A stretch of 64,000 bases of DNA. Source: Podarcis tiliguerta (taxonomy: Eukaryota). This document shows positions 11,739-25,865 of the stretch, one piece after another. The DNA lies in assembly GCA_965153285.1 (NCBI GenBank), contig OZ229114.1; one strand, written 5' to 3'. A program made the position numbers and the translations under genes. Numbering within the stretch: position 1 is the stretch's first letter; every line of letters starts with the position of its first letter. The notes beneath the pieces were generated by a model, which was not told where the DNA came from, searched no databases, and worked only from the letters and a program-made list of their open reading frames with translations.

Positions 11739-14501
11739 TGAATTGAAGACTGGATAGATGAGAAACAAAGAAACCAACATTTCAAAGTCGCCTATACAAA
11801 TAATCTTGGAGGGTGTGGAACTTTAGCAAGATCTTACAAGTAAAGAGTTCAGTGTTATTCCCCAGTGCATTTTTCAGTTTTCATTAGCTGAACGATTGGT
11901 TCCCATCCATGAATTGCATCTTTTCTGTCCTCTACTCCCCAGTGTAAATCTGGTTCTGAGAGAGAAGAATCAAGATGTGCCTGGCAAGAAATTGATTCTG
12001 GCTGGGTTGAAACCTGCACAGCTGCCTGCCTGGCATTCTGAGAACAGTACCTGCAAGTTTGCGATGTGACTTGAAATTGCTTTCTAACATTTCTGTATCA
12101 AACTGCACACACAGCAAACCAATGAGACTAGAGGAATACATTATCCTACATCTGTAGACTGTTTGCATCTAGGAAATTATCCTCTGCAGGAGTCCAAAGC
12201 ACTATTGACTATGTAGGATAAGACAGACTGTTTACTTTGGAAAGAAAACAAAGCCATTTCCACAATTGTTTTTCACTTATAATGCTTAATGCAATATACA
12301 TGAAGTGCCATGTACATATACTTACAGAAACCTACCCTCGTATTGGTACCACATAACTAATTTAAGAGATCTCAAGCTACATGAAGGATGGTTATGTGGA
12401 TGCTATTTTATATACCTATCAAAGAGCTGTTCACCTCTCCCTCTCCCAAGCACACATCCCTGGGCTCAAATGATGCCACCTGCCAAGCTAAATGTATGCA
12501 CATCATGAAAGGAGAATGCTGGATTCTTCAGCATGAGACAGTTCGGCATATAAATTTTTACTTTAGACAGCAGCTGTTGTGTAGATTTCACTCTTTGCCA
12601 ACATCTGGGAGTGTTTTTCTTTAACTCAGAGGAGTGGCAGACTCATTATCTCTGCAGCGACCAAATGTGACATGGACAGGAACCCTGTCACAACTGAGGG
12701 TAGCTGGCTAAATAGCACATAATTGTGGGGAGATTTTACTTATAGGATCCTGCATTAGGATGAGGAACCCAAGGAGTGGGAGAAGCAGGCTCAGGGAAGC
12801 AAAAATATCTCAAGGCCTTCAGGAAAGAAGCTCTCAGATTTCACATCGCATTATTTTAAACTAGTGGCAAGTAAACGGCAAGCTGGTGTATGTGTGTCCA
12901 AGTTTGTGTAGAACTTCTGAGGTAACTGGTTTGTGGTTCAAAGAGGTAGTCTCCAGCCTCTTCAGACCCACCTTTAACTACAACCTGCAACCTGCTTCTC
13001 ACAGCCTGGTGGGGTCATTGAAGCCATCAGCCAATTTGTGGGAGGGCAGAGCGGCCAACATAGCAGAGGATGAAGGAGGGCCACCCTGCAATTCACTCAA
13101 GGACAATGAAGACTCAGGTACAACTGCTTCTGCTAATCAGCTCCACTCAGCAAGGTGCGTCAGGGGGCATTAGGCTCCTACCTTCTCCTGGGAAGATGGT
13201 ACTGCCAGTAAGGTAGGTCTTGGCCTATCTGGAGGTTTTCCCATGTGATGCCTGCCTCTCCTTCCAGCCTGACGTCCCACTCACTGACAGTCCTAGATCA
13301 CTCTAGTCCATGGAACCTGACCTGTATCAATGCATGGCTGTCTCAACATGCCTAGAGCAAAACCCAGATCCCTCTGAACAGGCTCAATTAGGCTTGTCCC
13401 TCGGATGAATCCAGTGCACAGCCCTACAAAAAAAACCTAACTGTCGCTTGGTTTTCCCAGCCCCCCTTAAAAAAAGTGACCCACAGATTTAAGTTGTGCT
13501 GTGAAGGAGTACCTAAAGCACACACCGCACTCCATGACTTCAGAGCAATTAGTATTTTAATGAAAACTCATGCCATAATCTTCTGTTAAATGCTAAGGAG
13601 GGTGTTACTTAAAGGTGTGAAATTTTCCCAGTGTGTAAAATTGTTATATATCCAGGGGAAAATGGGACTAATAACAGAAAATCGCAATTGACTGACATGA
13701 AAGCCAAGTGTCAATTTGGGTAAATTGAAATCATAGCTAATTTTAACACACTAATTAAATAAAAGCTGCAAAGCCCCAGAAGATTTATGGACTGCAAACA
13801 CTTTAACTGGTCTCTTGATTATTCCGGGGGGGGGGGGGGGGGGAGGGGAGGAATAGTTTTGAATGCTGAAAAATGGTGGATGCTCTGACAAATGGGCTCT
13901 ATATTGCAAAAACCATCAAATTTCTCTCTAGGGACCAAATGTATCTCAAGATGGAAGAATGCCATCTGCTTATAACATTCCCAAATACACTGGTTGGTAG
14001 TAGTGATGGACACACCCTTCTCTGCTCAGTACAGAATCAGCTCTGTGCTCTCAAACTTTTTTTTAGTGTACACTAGGAAAACAACTTGTCTGTTTCAGAG
14101 AGTTTTCTCTAACTTAGAAACATGTTTCCATATGGATGTTGCTGTGTATGCACACCTTCATTTTTGTCCCCTAGGACATGGCTAGAAGTTACTGGGAGAT
14201 TCAACCAACTGTGCCTGCCGCCAAAATTAACACATTTGGGAATGACAGTCTCTTTGTAAACCACTGAGGTTTTTATTTAAACATTCAAACAATGTATAAA
14301 TTTCATGAAATAAATAAATGAAGCATCATCATAGTGTGGATGTGACCCTAGTCTAGATAAGGTTTTAGCTTGTTCATCCTCATCCACTCCTAAATTGCCC
14401 CTAGACCTCATTTTGGATTTAGTGCTTTTACATGCTCTGAGCAAACGTTATTTTGACTTACATTAAAATCTATTCTGATTTATACCAATTCACCTTGTGT
14501 T

Positions 14502-14508
14502 GATAGAT

Positions 14509-14544
<36 letters not shown>

Positions 14545-14545
14545 T
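14502..14545. repeat. (GATA)n microsatellite
   Basis: Read directly from the sequence. Confidence 0.95.
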
Positions 14546-15067
14546 AGATTCTCTTTTACCACATCTATGTCAGGATTCAGTGGAATGACTAATCTCCCCA
14601 TTAGTGAAATCTTCTACTCATTTCTGTCAATGTTGAATCCTTGAGTATCTTCATTATTCCTAATTGCCATGGTGAAAGGAAAGTGTGTTAATCATGCAAG
14701 CTCTATGTCTTGCAATGATGGCACTTTTAAGAGGGGGGAGGGGGAAACCCTACAGCAATTCTTGACACTCTTCTGAAGATATTTGCCCACAGGTAAGTTT
14801 CTAATTCTATATAATTAAATCCTTGCTCAACCCAGTGCTTCCAATGGTTTCCTGCCCCTCTCATTTAATCAAGGCCTAAAGATTAATACTGGCTCTCAGA
14901 AATCGGATGCATTGATTAAAGAGGAGTTAAAGCACTCACACAAAATCAGTTGCTTTTGGAGAAGCCACAGAAGGACCTGCTCTTTAACAGTTATGGCTTC
15001 CGCGAAATAATCATGGGAACTGAAGTTTATTAAGGGTGCTGAGATTTGTTAGGAGATCCTATTCCCC

Positions 15068-15602
15068 TGTGGCGTTTGCCCTCCTATTTGTGTGACATCA
15101 TACTGGATTCATAGGGAAAGGGTTAACTAATTGTAAAATGACTAACCAATGGGAACCCAGGGGGCAGAGTTAACTGTGTATAAGGTTTAAGCACAGGGGT
15201 TTTTTAGTGAGTTAGAGTTGTTCAGAAGATAGTTAGAAGAGTTAGAAGAGACAGAGTTAGAAGAGACAGAGAAGTTAAGTCTGGGTTCAGCTAGTCTGGT
15301 GTGAGAGAGTGAGAGAATTTGTTAAGAGTCAGTCAAACAGTTGAAATAATCAGTCAAGGTATTAGGAAGGTATAGGCCTGTAAAGAAACTAAAGTTAAGA
15401 TACTGACAGGAATATTATCTGAGAAACCATAAACCATAAACTTGTTAATGTTTGTAAAATAAGCTTTTTTTTGTGTTCACTTTTAACAACGGACTGGACT
15501 CAGTGTTTTACCAGAGAGTAACGGGTTGGTGGCAGTGGGGAAGTGAGCACAGTGGGGATCAATAGACTGTTAAACGTCCGGGGACCCTGTGTGATCGCCA
15601 CA
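15068..15602 (+). mobile_element. Solo LTR (535 bp), inserted in an older interspersed repeat (~14980-15665)
   Basis: 7-bp terminal inverted repeat TGTGGCG...CGCCACA. Perfect 5-bp TSD TCCCC (15063-15067 and 15603-15607). TATA-like TATAA near 15179. Internal AGTTAGAAGAG repeats. Confidence 0.85.
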
Positions 15603-16139
15603 TCCCCTCTCAGGGCTACAGTTTCCAGAGTTGTTTTACAATCATCACCTCTTCCTAGGGAACTCAAACTGTGGATGTGTCATTCTGGAAGGCAATGTCC
15701 TGCTACTCCTAGATGAGGTCACATGCCCACTAAAGTGCTCAGCATGTAGCTTGGGAGTGTTCCTGCAGTTAGCACTATCTATGGAGGTAAAGCTTGGCAC
15801 TGGTAGCTAGAAGCACTTTCCCATCCACCACCCCAGTTTCAGCTGGTTCGCTAGATGCAACCTTATCTAGAGAAGATTGGCTGCCTATTTGTTTCCGGAC
15901 CCAATTTAAGGTGATGGTATCATACCAGTCAACTGTCCCACTTTAAGCAGGACATCCCGGTTTGTGGAGCAGAAACGCGCGAGACTGAGACCTCGCAAAA
16001 GATCACAGAGCCTGAAAACACAAGTTATTGGGTAAAGCATGCAAGATTGCAGATTGACATCTTGGAGCCTGAAAACACATGGAGCCGGGAAGATGCACCA
16101 TTTCTGGTGTCAGTGCCTTGGAGGGTATGTGGTATGGAC

Positions 16140-16600
16140 TTTTAAAGTCATAAATGGTTTGGGATCAGTGTATCTGCAGGGCCACTCCCACCTATATGGA
16201 ACTGCTTGAGTCATTATATAGGCAATAGAGACCATGCTCTTTGGCCTGCTGATGAGTACAAGAAGCAGGATATTTTTCTGTGATGGCCCTGCACTTCTGG
16301 AATACCCTCCCCATGAAGATACTTCTGGCCCCTTCTTTGTTAGCTTTTAGGAGATGCTGAAACAATGTTCTGATTATGGTTTGCATTTGGAAAATCTGAT
16401 GGAGCTCTGTTTTAGCAAATATTTATCTGCTCTTCCTGCTGTGTCTAATGTTATGTTTGACGCATATATTTTGTGCTGGATATCTGTTGCGCTGTTCCTG
16501 GTTTTTTTGTGGGTTTTTTTTTAATATATGCTGCCGTGGGAGGGTATGTAAGCCAAAAAATGTGGCTTAAAATAAGAAAACCTATAATGAAATAAATAAA
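16140..16600 (+). mobile_element. L2 LINE 3' fragment, highly diverged
   Basis: Degenerate AFSVMA..FWNTLP motif (16270-16315), a GT-rich 3' UTR and an (AAAT)n tail. Confidence 0.55.
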
Positions 16601-19600
16601 AATATGTCATGATTAAAATAATAATTATATCTCATGATTCTTTGAAGTCATCTGTATCCTTTTGAGAAGAGAAGCTGCAGAGAAGGGTGAGCAGCCCATC
16701 CTAAACAGAGGTCAGTTCATCTCCTTTAATGCTCTTGCTCTCAAAATAGTATCACCATTACTACTGCTTTGAAAAATGTATGCAGTCCCATATCAAATAA
16801 CTGGAACTCCAACTGTTTGCAGCCTCCTGCTCCACTTCACATTTAGGGAAGTTTTTGACCTACTGTCACTGTATATTTCTTACGACTTGGCAGATTTGCT
16901 GAAATGGTCTCACAGTTTAACAGACAACTAATTTTACATGGCATTTCTTGTACCCACAAGAAAGTTGAAATGTGACAACTTGAAAGAAGCAACTGGGAAG
17001 GCAAATACCAGGCGCTGAAAACCGTGACTGAAGGCCCCTATTTTCTGGGGTGCCACAGAGTCCCCTAAAGTCATAGGAGCCTCAAACAGGTTTGTCCAAA
17101 ATTTCCATGGATTTGGCGATCCCCTTGGCAGTGACTGGAGCCCATTCAGAGTGGTTACACAGCATGAAGCCCAGGCTTGATACCAATGAATCAGAAGCCA
17201 TGGAAGGAATGTGACCAGGCAATTTTGTGACCTACTTTTCTCCCATACAAGTGAATGGAAGTGGGTGCAATGTGTGTCTTACACAGATGCACACTGAATG
17301 CTCCTGGGGATTCTGGCAATGCATGAATCCTCTCTCTGCCACTACTCTATCTGCCATAATTGCAAGCATTTTGCTAGTTGTTCTGTAAATGCTTCTCCAG
17401 AATACAAAAGCTTGGCAGAATTAAGACATTATTTTTAACAGGCGCAGTGCACCTGGCATGGTAGGACAGTCGCTGTGGCCCACCACAACTAATGCCAGCC
17501 TTCTAGTATTTTTTAATGGCCCAGCACTCTCAAGAGAAGCACTGGGCTAGACAGCTGCTGCTACAAGCATCTTCCTTATCTCCAGTGCCTCTAACATGCA
17601 CATTGGGATGTGCCCAGATACATTACAGGTGAGGAAATGATGATGGTGGCAGCAGCATTCTCACTCAGTGAGTTAGTAGTAGACAGATGGAGCTGTGCGG
17701 TTTCAAAGCCGCCACCCCTTCTCTCTTCTGCCTGCCACCAACACCCATCTACATTTGCCCCCCCCCCCCGGCAAGTTTGTTTTTGGGGGAAGGCATCAAG
17801 CAGTCACTAGGGTGTCAGCTCTGCAAGTTAAAGTCCAACATGTTTGGTATTACTAAAGCACCGACTCGCTGGTTTTCCTGTGCGTCTTATCTGCATTAAG
17901 ATGACATCAATACTTACTGGATCCTGAACTAGATTTTCTGCTCACCTATGAAATTGGATGGCTTCTGTGAAATCATTCACATTAAAACAATGCCCCAAAT
18001 ACTTCTGCTCCATTGTGATGCTCACAGAAATGAAAGTTTCTGTGGCCTATTACAGAAACCTGTAGGTGTTAATATGCAAGATGCATTTCTTCACCTTAGT
18101 TAACAAAGTAGTGAAGTATATCCTTGATCACCTCTATCCCTGTTCAGTGTTGAAATGGAGCCTCAAGATTTAAATAAACCACTTTCAGACTTCATTGTGA
18201 TATCCAATCTCACTCTCTACTTAGGACATAACAGAACTAAAAAAAGCTGCCTAAGAGGCACTCTGTACAACTTAATGACTGTTCCAGTGTGCATGAACCA
18301 GCCTTGCCCCCTGAGTTCTCATGCACTATGCTCATCCACTCAACCCCCAAGCTGCCGGCTCAGTCTCCGAAGCAGGGTTGCACAGGTACAATCATCCCCA
18401 CAATTAGGAATTCTGTCATGCAGGATTCCTGTCTACAGGGATGAAAGTACTTACAATTCCCCGTCAGTCCAGGACAGTCTCTGGTGGGGATGGAAACATT
18501 GGGGCATCCAGCCTGCTGTCCTCTCTTCACCCTTTCACAACAAATGCCTAAAGAGGACTTCTTAATTCTTACAATCTGAAATCTTTACTTCTGTTAATAT
18601 AGGCTATGTCTTACCTAATATTTTTCCCCCACCTGCTTTCCTTTAAATTTCCCAGACATTTTTGCTCAATATGGAATCCCAAAGTCTGTTTAAGAATCTT
18701 TGTCTAGGAACAATTCCATTCCCATGAAACTCTTGAACTGAAAAGCAATTCTAGACAAAATGCTCAGTCATTACATCTCCTTTTCCTCACATCTTCCAGT
18801 TGAAGAGGGAAAGGGGTGATAACATTAGCCACAAGCTACAGACACCTGTCTCTCCATCTGATTACAGCCATCATAAGATTAGTCCTTTAAGACTGCAATC
18901 TTATACTCACTTAGCTGGGATAAGCCAATGGGACTTGATTCTGACTAGACATGTGCAGGACTGCACTGAAAAGCACTTAGTACAGTATTGACCCACTTCC
19001 CAATTTACCTTTACACTTTCATGGTAAAGGACTCTCAGTCCTCTTGACCATCAGCATCACACCTGGGAAGAGAGGAGATGGGTGGAGATTAGATTCCTGT
19101 GATTCTCGAAATCTAGCAAAGTTTAGGATTGATCTGGGCCATTGTGGAAATCAGAAATGAAAGACGGTTTATTTGGACATCTGCAACGCGTCTCTTCATA
19201 ATGGATTCTAACCAAACGGAACACCGGTATGGATCTTAAGATAAATTAATCTATGAAAGTTCATGAAATGAAAGTTTTCCATCTACTTCTCCCCCCACAA
19301 CCTGAACCCCCTGAAAAGCCCCTCGAGTGGGTCATGGGGCACACTTGTTGGGTGGGTTGTAGGGAACTGCTGATGGGGAACAAAGGGGAGAGAAAGTGAG
19401 GTGAACTTTTCCTTCCACAAACTTCCTTATATGGTAACTTATCTTAGGATCCCTCTGATTTTTTTTTCTTTCTTTAAGAATCACATTAAACTAAAACACT
19501 GGGGTACAATTTAGCCATAATCACATTTAAGCTTACATTCTAAACTTTTTAATTTCAGAGCCAGCAGGTGAACAACTGTTCTTTTCAAGCTTGTGAAGTG

Positions 19601-20744
19601 TGCTGCTTCTTACACAGTAATATATGATTTTAAAATTGGCTTCAAAGTAGGCAAGTAACTCTCTAGGCAGGATTTATAGAGCTTCTTTCATGGTCGGACA
19701 ATTGTTATCAGTAGGTAATTCTTCCAGATTTATGTCTATTTTGTGTTTTTTTCAGAATCTATTAAGAATTCCTGGGGCTTCAAGGCAGATGCAATTTGTG
19801 ACAATTGGGATTACAGTCATTACACGGGAGACAGAATTGGGCACCTCTGTGTCTTCATATGACTTCCATGCGCTGTAAGATGAGTGCATCTCTTCTCAGA
19901 CAATGACGTACACTCATTTGCCACAGGTAGGAAATGTGTGTGTCTCCAGAGTCTTTTTGAGGAGTCTGTGGGCTCTTGCTTAAATTCTAACAAGTGTTTT
20001 TCTTTAAAAAATAAACTTTTAAACCCTCTTGATTTAGCGATGGGTGGGGATGTCATGTGGCCCCTAACTCCTGAAAGGGCTGTACTTGCTACCCTTGTAA
20101 TGAAGGTAAAGTGATAAAAGTGGGGGGGGGGGGGTGTTCCCAGCCAGAACTCACTGGAATTCAGTTCTGGCACCTTTCAAGTAGGAACCATTGCCATTAT
20201 AAAAGAACAAGAAAGGTGTCCATGATGAGTTCCAGCACCTCTTTCTTGAAAAATAACACTGGATAAAAGAATGACCTATAGATGGATGAGGAGTTTCTAA
20301 TGTCTCATGTGTAACAAGGAGTTAATTGTTATATTACTGTGGTAATTTATGTGCAATGCTCTAGATCAGTGCTAAATGTTATGGTAAGAAATCTAGCGCA
20401 AAATTCAAACAGCACCAGTGTTTTCCTGGTCCACAAGGTAATTTTGCCCCCACCCCACTTTAAAGCAATCACTTAGATTCTGACCTCAGCAATTACAAGT
20501 TCAAGGAAAATTCATATTTCTAATTGACTGCAAAAAATTCCAGATGATAGGCTTTTGGTCTTCTAATAATGTTTTGAAGAGTGCTCCTTTTGTGATTTTA
20601 CAAGTGCTTCTTAACCCTCTCTCAAAACTGACACATTGCCTTTTTAGATGAATGCTTTCTCAAATAAAGAAATATTGCTGGTTTAAATAGCTAAGGGTTT
20701 GCAAAGGGAACTGCACAGAGGGAGTGTGTCCTGGATGGCTCTGC

Positions 20745-21170
20745 TAGAGCTCTGTGCAGTTTTCAGTACCGCTCATCACAAAACACTTCTGGATCATTGG
20801 GCTTGGATAGGAGGGCAGTTCCTGAAGGTGTGTCCTATTATGCCCCAGGGCCATTGGCTTTTGATGGGCCTCAGGGCTCCATCTTGTCCTGAATGAAACT
20901 ACTAGATGAGGTCATTGAGGAACTGTGGCTCTGATTTAATATGCAGATGGCAACCACCTCTATCTCTTTCCATCACAACTGAAGGAAAGTGTTCAAGTTC
21001 TAAATAAGTTTCTGGTGTCTGTCAATAAAGCAATGGATGAGTTGGAACCATGTGATGCTTTATCCAGACAAGACAGAGGTGATTCTGGTCAGTAGAAAGG
21101 CAAATCAGGGAACAGAACTTTGACTTGTCTTGGATATGGGATTGCATGGAAGACACCTGGACTCAGCCCT
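20745..21170 (+). mobile_element. Patchy, old L2 LINE RT fragments
   Basis: Degenerate remnants resembling L2 RT blocks (ELCAVFSTAHHKTLLD, cf. DLSAAFDTIDH; YADGN; ...PDKTEVILV). Confidence 0.5.
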
Positions 21171-22372
21171 GGGGTGGATCTAGACACTGGTTAAAAACAC
21201 TATAAATAAGTCAGAAATTAAATCGTTACAACAAAAAAAGGGGGGAGCCTATGTAAAAATCCATATAAATTCTTTTTTTGCTCTCTGGTGCCATCTGGTG
21301 TTGTGTGTTTATAGCACATTCAAAACATATTATTGCGACGGATGTAGCTGAGTCCCTGGATGATGATTCCAGGAATGCTTTTGTGCCGCTAAAGCTAGTG
21401 TGATGTGTTTTGGCCTGCCTGGTTTACAAATTTGGTTTGCTTGTTCAGAGATCAGAAGATCATAGGCTATTGTCTCTTGAAATGTATAAAGCCCTGCAAT
21501 TATAATATTGATGGTTCCAGGTCCCTTTTAAAAGACCGGGATCAGTTTCCGTCAGAGAAGAGAGAAGGAAAACCTCTGCTGCATTGCAAATGCAGAGGTT
21601 GAAGAGATATGCGTGAGATGCACACACAGCAAGCATTACTCCAAGGAACTCTGCCTCTCTCTGTGCCCCAATGCATTTGCCTTGCAGCAAGAGTCCCCAA
21701 AGGTGAAACAAACACTGTAGTGGTTATGAATCTAATTCCGTCTCGGTATATTTCCCATACTAGGACCTGGCTTGATCTCAACACACTGACAAAAATTAGC
21801 CCTGGACTTGACTGTCATTTCTATGGTAATACGTTGACCAAAGCTTGAAGCTTTACATTTCCCAGATGACATTTTCATATTGCTCTTACAACCCAAAATA
21901 CAATTGAGAAAGGCTGTCTAGTGATAGTCCTCTTTGTACAATTGTAATGCATAGCACTAAGCATGGCCTTCAGATTGAATACCTAAATGCAATGACATCT
22001 CCTTAATATTCCAGATGTCAGAGGGGACAAAATATATAAATGGCCCAAGTTATGCTTGCCAAGTGCCCTACTGTTTGTGGGCTTGTTGTTTATTTATGTA
22101 TGTTTTTATGCAGCTCAGGGGTCAGGGACCTCAGCCCTTCTTCCACAGACACATTTAAAAGGCCACAGAAAGTTAATCAGACAAATGCCTGATATAATTG
22201 CTGCTAAGAGTCTTGAGGCTACCTTCTACAAAATAGCATTATCAACCAGAACCACCTTGAGATCTCTCTCTCTCTGAAGTCAAAGCCATCCCTTTTCTTA
22301 AGGCAGTTCAGATTTCTTTTCCTATCCTTACCACACCACCTAACTCCCAACTGTTGCTGGTATACTATGGTG

Positions 22373-22510
22373 CAGAGGTAGGGAACCTGTGGCCCTACAG
22401 ATGTTGTTGGACTACAGCTCCCATCAAACACCACCATCATTGCCAGTTATGAGGGAAGCTGGGAGTTGCAAGCCTACAATGCACGGAGGGCACTAGCTTC
22501 CCCCTCCCTC
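22373..22510. mobile_element. Palindromic hAT MITE
   Basis: Degenerate CAG..GTAGGGAAC / TTCCCC.CCCT. termini. 8-bp TSD CTATGGTG / CTATAGTG (1 mismatch). Confidence 0.75.
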
Positions 22511-25500
22511 CTATAGTGGCAATGATAGAGCTATGAATTAGAAGTCCCTGGTTTGAGTTTTACCTTTATCGTATATGGAACTCATCAGTCAAGGCACTCT
22601 TTCCCAGTTCCAGCACCCGCTCCAATTTGCAATATGGGAATAGTAGTAAACACTAATGCTACTGCTGCTATTCATAACCTGTTCTCCTTCCCCTCTCCGT
22701 AGATGCTTCTCACATTTTTCACACTAGAAATATCAACTCTGCTAGCAATTTCCTTTGCAATATACTAGTAAACAGCTTCTGCCTTCAGCCAGTCATATGA
22801 GTACGTGCAATGTCAGCTCAAATGTAAGAGTCTTCCAGGAACCATATTTATCAGTATCGCAATGCGTGTGCCATGCTTCAAGTGAAAAATTCATGTGTGT
22901 GTGCGTGTGTGTAGGAAAAATTACCTTATTTGCCATGCTGATTTAAAACAAGATAGATTTTTGCAAGACTGCCTCAGCGCATGTAATTAGAAATACTCTG
23001 GAAGTGGGAAGCGGAGGAAACCTTGGCTTATGGAAATCAAATTTCGAACTTTTCTTCAGAGCGCTCTAATTACAATCCCTCACATTCCGTTTATTTTCCT
23101 AACAGCACACAAGGCTGCCTTAGTCTTCCCCGCCTCAAGACCGTTCTATGATCTTACACTCTGCGGTGCTCTCCTCAGGCAACAGAGGGAAGCAGACGAT
23201 AGTTAAGGCAGCACAGATGAGTCTAAAGCAAATTGCGACTTTGCTAGATGAATGTACTCTGCGTGTGCCCCAGGCGTCTGGTGTTGACATTTACCTTCTG
23301 CTCCCCATTATAGACAATGAAAAGACTGTTCACAAAGAGCTTGGGGAAAATTGTCACTCATCCAATAACTTTTAAATAGACATGCAAACAACCCTGGTTT
23401 TCATGTTGTGCGAGTAAATGTTTTTTTCCTGAGTGACCAGGACATCTGTTAGTAGTGGAGAATACGATACTAGCTTTGATTTTTCAAATATCTGTGCTTC
23501 GTGATTGCAGATAATGGCCACATTGCAGAGACATTAGGTGTGCTGAAGTCCCATCTAAATCAGTGAGACTCCGGGCCTGCTCACACATACACTTTCTTCC
23601 CATAGCAACTGTAGCAGCAAGCGGTCGGTTTCAGTTGTTGCAAAGCAAACCACAAACAGAACTTTCATAACATCAGATGCCAACACAAACTGGTCTGCGT
23701 GATCTGCGCACACTCGTGTAGTCACAACCAATATATTAGGCAAAAGGGCACCACTGTGTTTGGGGGAGACATTTGAATCCGTTCGCATTTGAAGTTGAAT
23801 CTATCATATGTACTGCTCCACCTTGTTTTACCCTAATTCACACAGAAAATATAAGCAAGGCTACTGCACATGCCTTCAGGTGACTGTGGCAGCTGGCAAA
23901 GCCAACAACAGCTCCAACTTTATGTTATTACTTTTCCCTTGCAGTTTACGAAGCAGGGTACTTTCACAAAGCAGCTTACAAAATAAAAATAGAAAATACA
24001 TCACAACCAAAAGAAAACGGAAGCAAGCCAGGCGGAACATTAAAATCAGGCTACAACAGCAATTTGTTTTAGCATAATAAACCATAACCCATGTTTTAAA
24101 AGCTGGCTGGAACAGGCCAGTCTAAATGTGGGAGAAAATATGGAAGATCTCTACTGACAAGGAATTCCCTTACGGAAACCTTCCCCAACGTTGTGCCCTC
24201 CAGATGTTTTGTACTTCGATTTCCATCATCCCTGATGGTTGGGCCAAGCTGGTAGGGGTTGATGGGAGTTGGAGCCCACAAAACTGCAGGGCACCATGTT
24301 AAGGGCTATAACTCCATGACAGAGTCCCAGGTTCAATCTCCCCCAAGAAAATCATTGTTTTAACAAATGGCATTTGGGTTTTCTGCGGATTACCATTTGT
24401 TCCAATTTAGCACCAAAGAGTGGGTTTTCCAGGGAAAAGTGATGGGGGCAAAAACAAAACCACTCTGATCCATGCCTATAAAGTGGGGGACAAGCAGAGA
24501 ACTGAACTTAAAAATGGATAAATGAGAAACCAAAATTGATAGATTCGCCCATCTCTAGTCACAGTATCTACTTTTGCTGTAATGAATCCTGAGCCAGAAG
24601 GACAAACAGACTGACTTGGTATACAGTAGCTTTCCAGGTAGCATAAACTTGGTCCTGGCATCGAAAAGGCCACCTCTCTTTATTGGCCTCATGAATAAAT
24701 AGGGCAGCTTGCAGGGACTCTGTTCCTGACCTTGAAGGTTGAACAGGGTCATAGAAGAGTAGGAACGTTCTCTTACCCATATGTTCACTTGCTCACCCAT
24801 TGTGCCACCCTTCATGCTTTCATGATCTCAGAACTATTTCCTCTAAACCGACTTGTTAAATGTGTGAGAAAATTGACAGGTGTGTGTAAACCCATGCAGA
24901 CTATGCATAGGGATAGAAAACACTTCTGTGGTTTAGAGAAGTTTAAGCCCAAGATCAAAGTGTTCTGTATTCTATCTCCCCACCCTGTTTCTGATTTCTC
25001 TTCACATGGCTCTGGAAATTGGACTCCTGCTAAGATAAATACTTCATTACAGCACTGCAGATGAGTGGAGCGTCCCCTAGCCAGTAACCAGCTCAATCAA
25101 CTGACTTTCTATTAGTTTATTTTTAATCAATTGTCATTAGGAAAACAAAATTAGAAAGCTCAAGGCAGCAAATCAAATGCAATACAATTTTCTTTAGGGA
25201 CCTGATCAGTTGAAACTCCACTGTAAATCATCTTACACTTGAAAGATTACACACTATGTCTTACCCAGATGAACAGTATGCTTCTTTATTAAAACACAAC
25301 TTTCTCTTTCTAATTCTTTTGTCGGGGGGGGGGGGGGTTATTAGGTGGGCTTGAAGGCCATGCATGAGAAACTTCAAACTTTTTTAAAAAAGTAAAATAC
25401 TGTATGACCACGAGCCTACAAAGTATAAGTTAAGATAGAGTGAGCATCCTGTAATAGCTTTCCTCTCCCCCCGCCCACCATCTACTCTGTTATTGATTTG

Positions 25501-25865
25501 TGCAAATGGGTTGTTTTCCAACTACTGTACACTTGCAATCTACACTTTAGACCAACCCTTGACAATATTTCCAATAATGCTGAACTGAAACGGTGGAGGA
25601 GCTTTTAAGAACCCACCTACTGTTAAACAAAACCCTCCCTTTGGGCAGTTTTATACACCTTTGTGAAAGGGTGCAATGGTGTCTGTGTGTGTGTGTGAGT
25701 GTGTGTGAGTGAGAGAGAGAATGGGAGGGAAAATCCAGCTTTACAAGGCTGTGGAAAAATATCCTGGGGAAAGAGAGAGAGAGATGTTATGAAGCAGCTA
25801 GAGATTGATGCTCCCTCAACTTGGAATGTGCACCCCACTGAATGAAATGTCGTGCAAGGGGAGTA

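Noticed and set aside
19756-19862. Good acceptor followed by a frame reading SIKNSWGFKAD..., resembling the papain-family KNSWG motif
   Set aside because: The WG..GY continuation is missing, the frame stops before the nearby donor, and no other cathepsin exons are visible.
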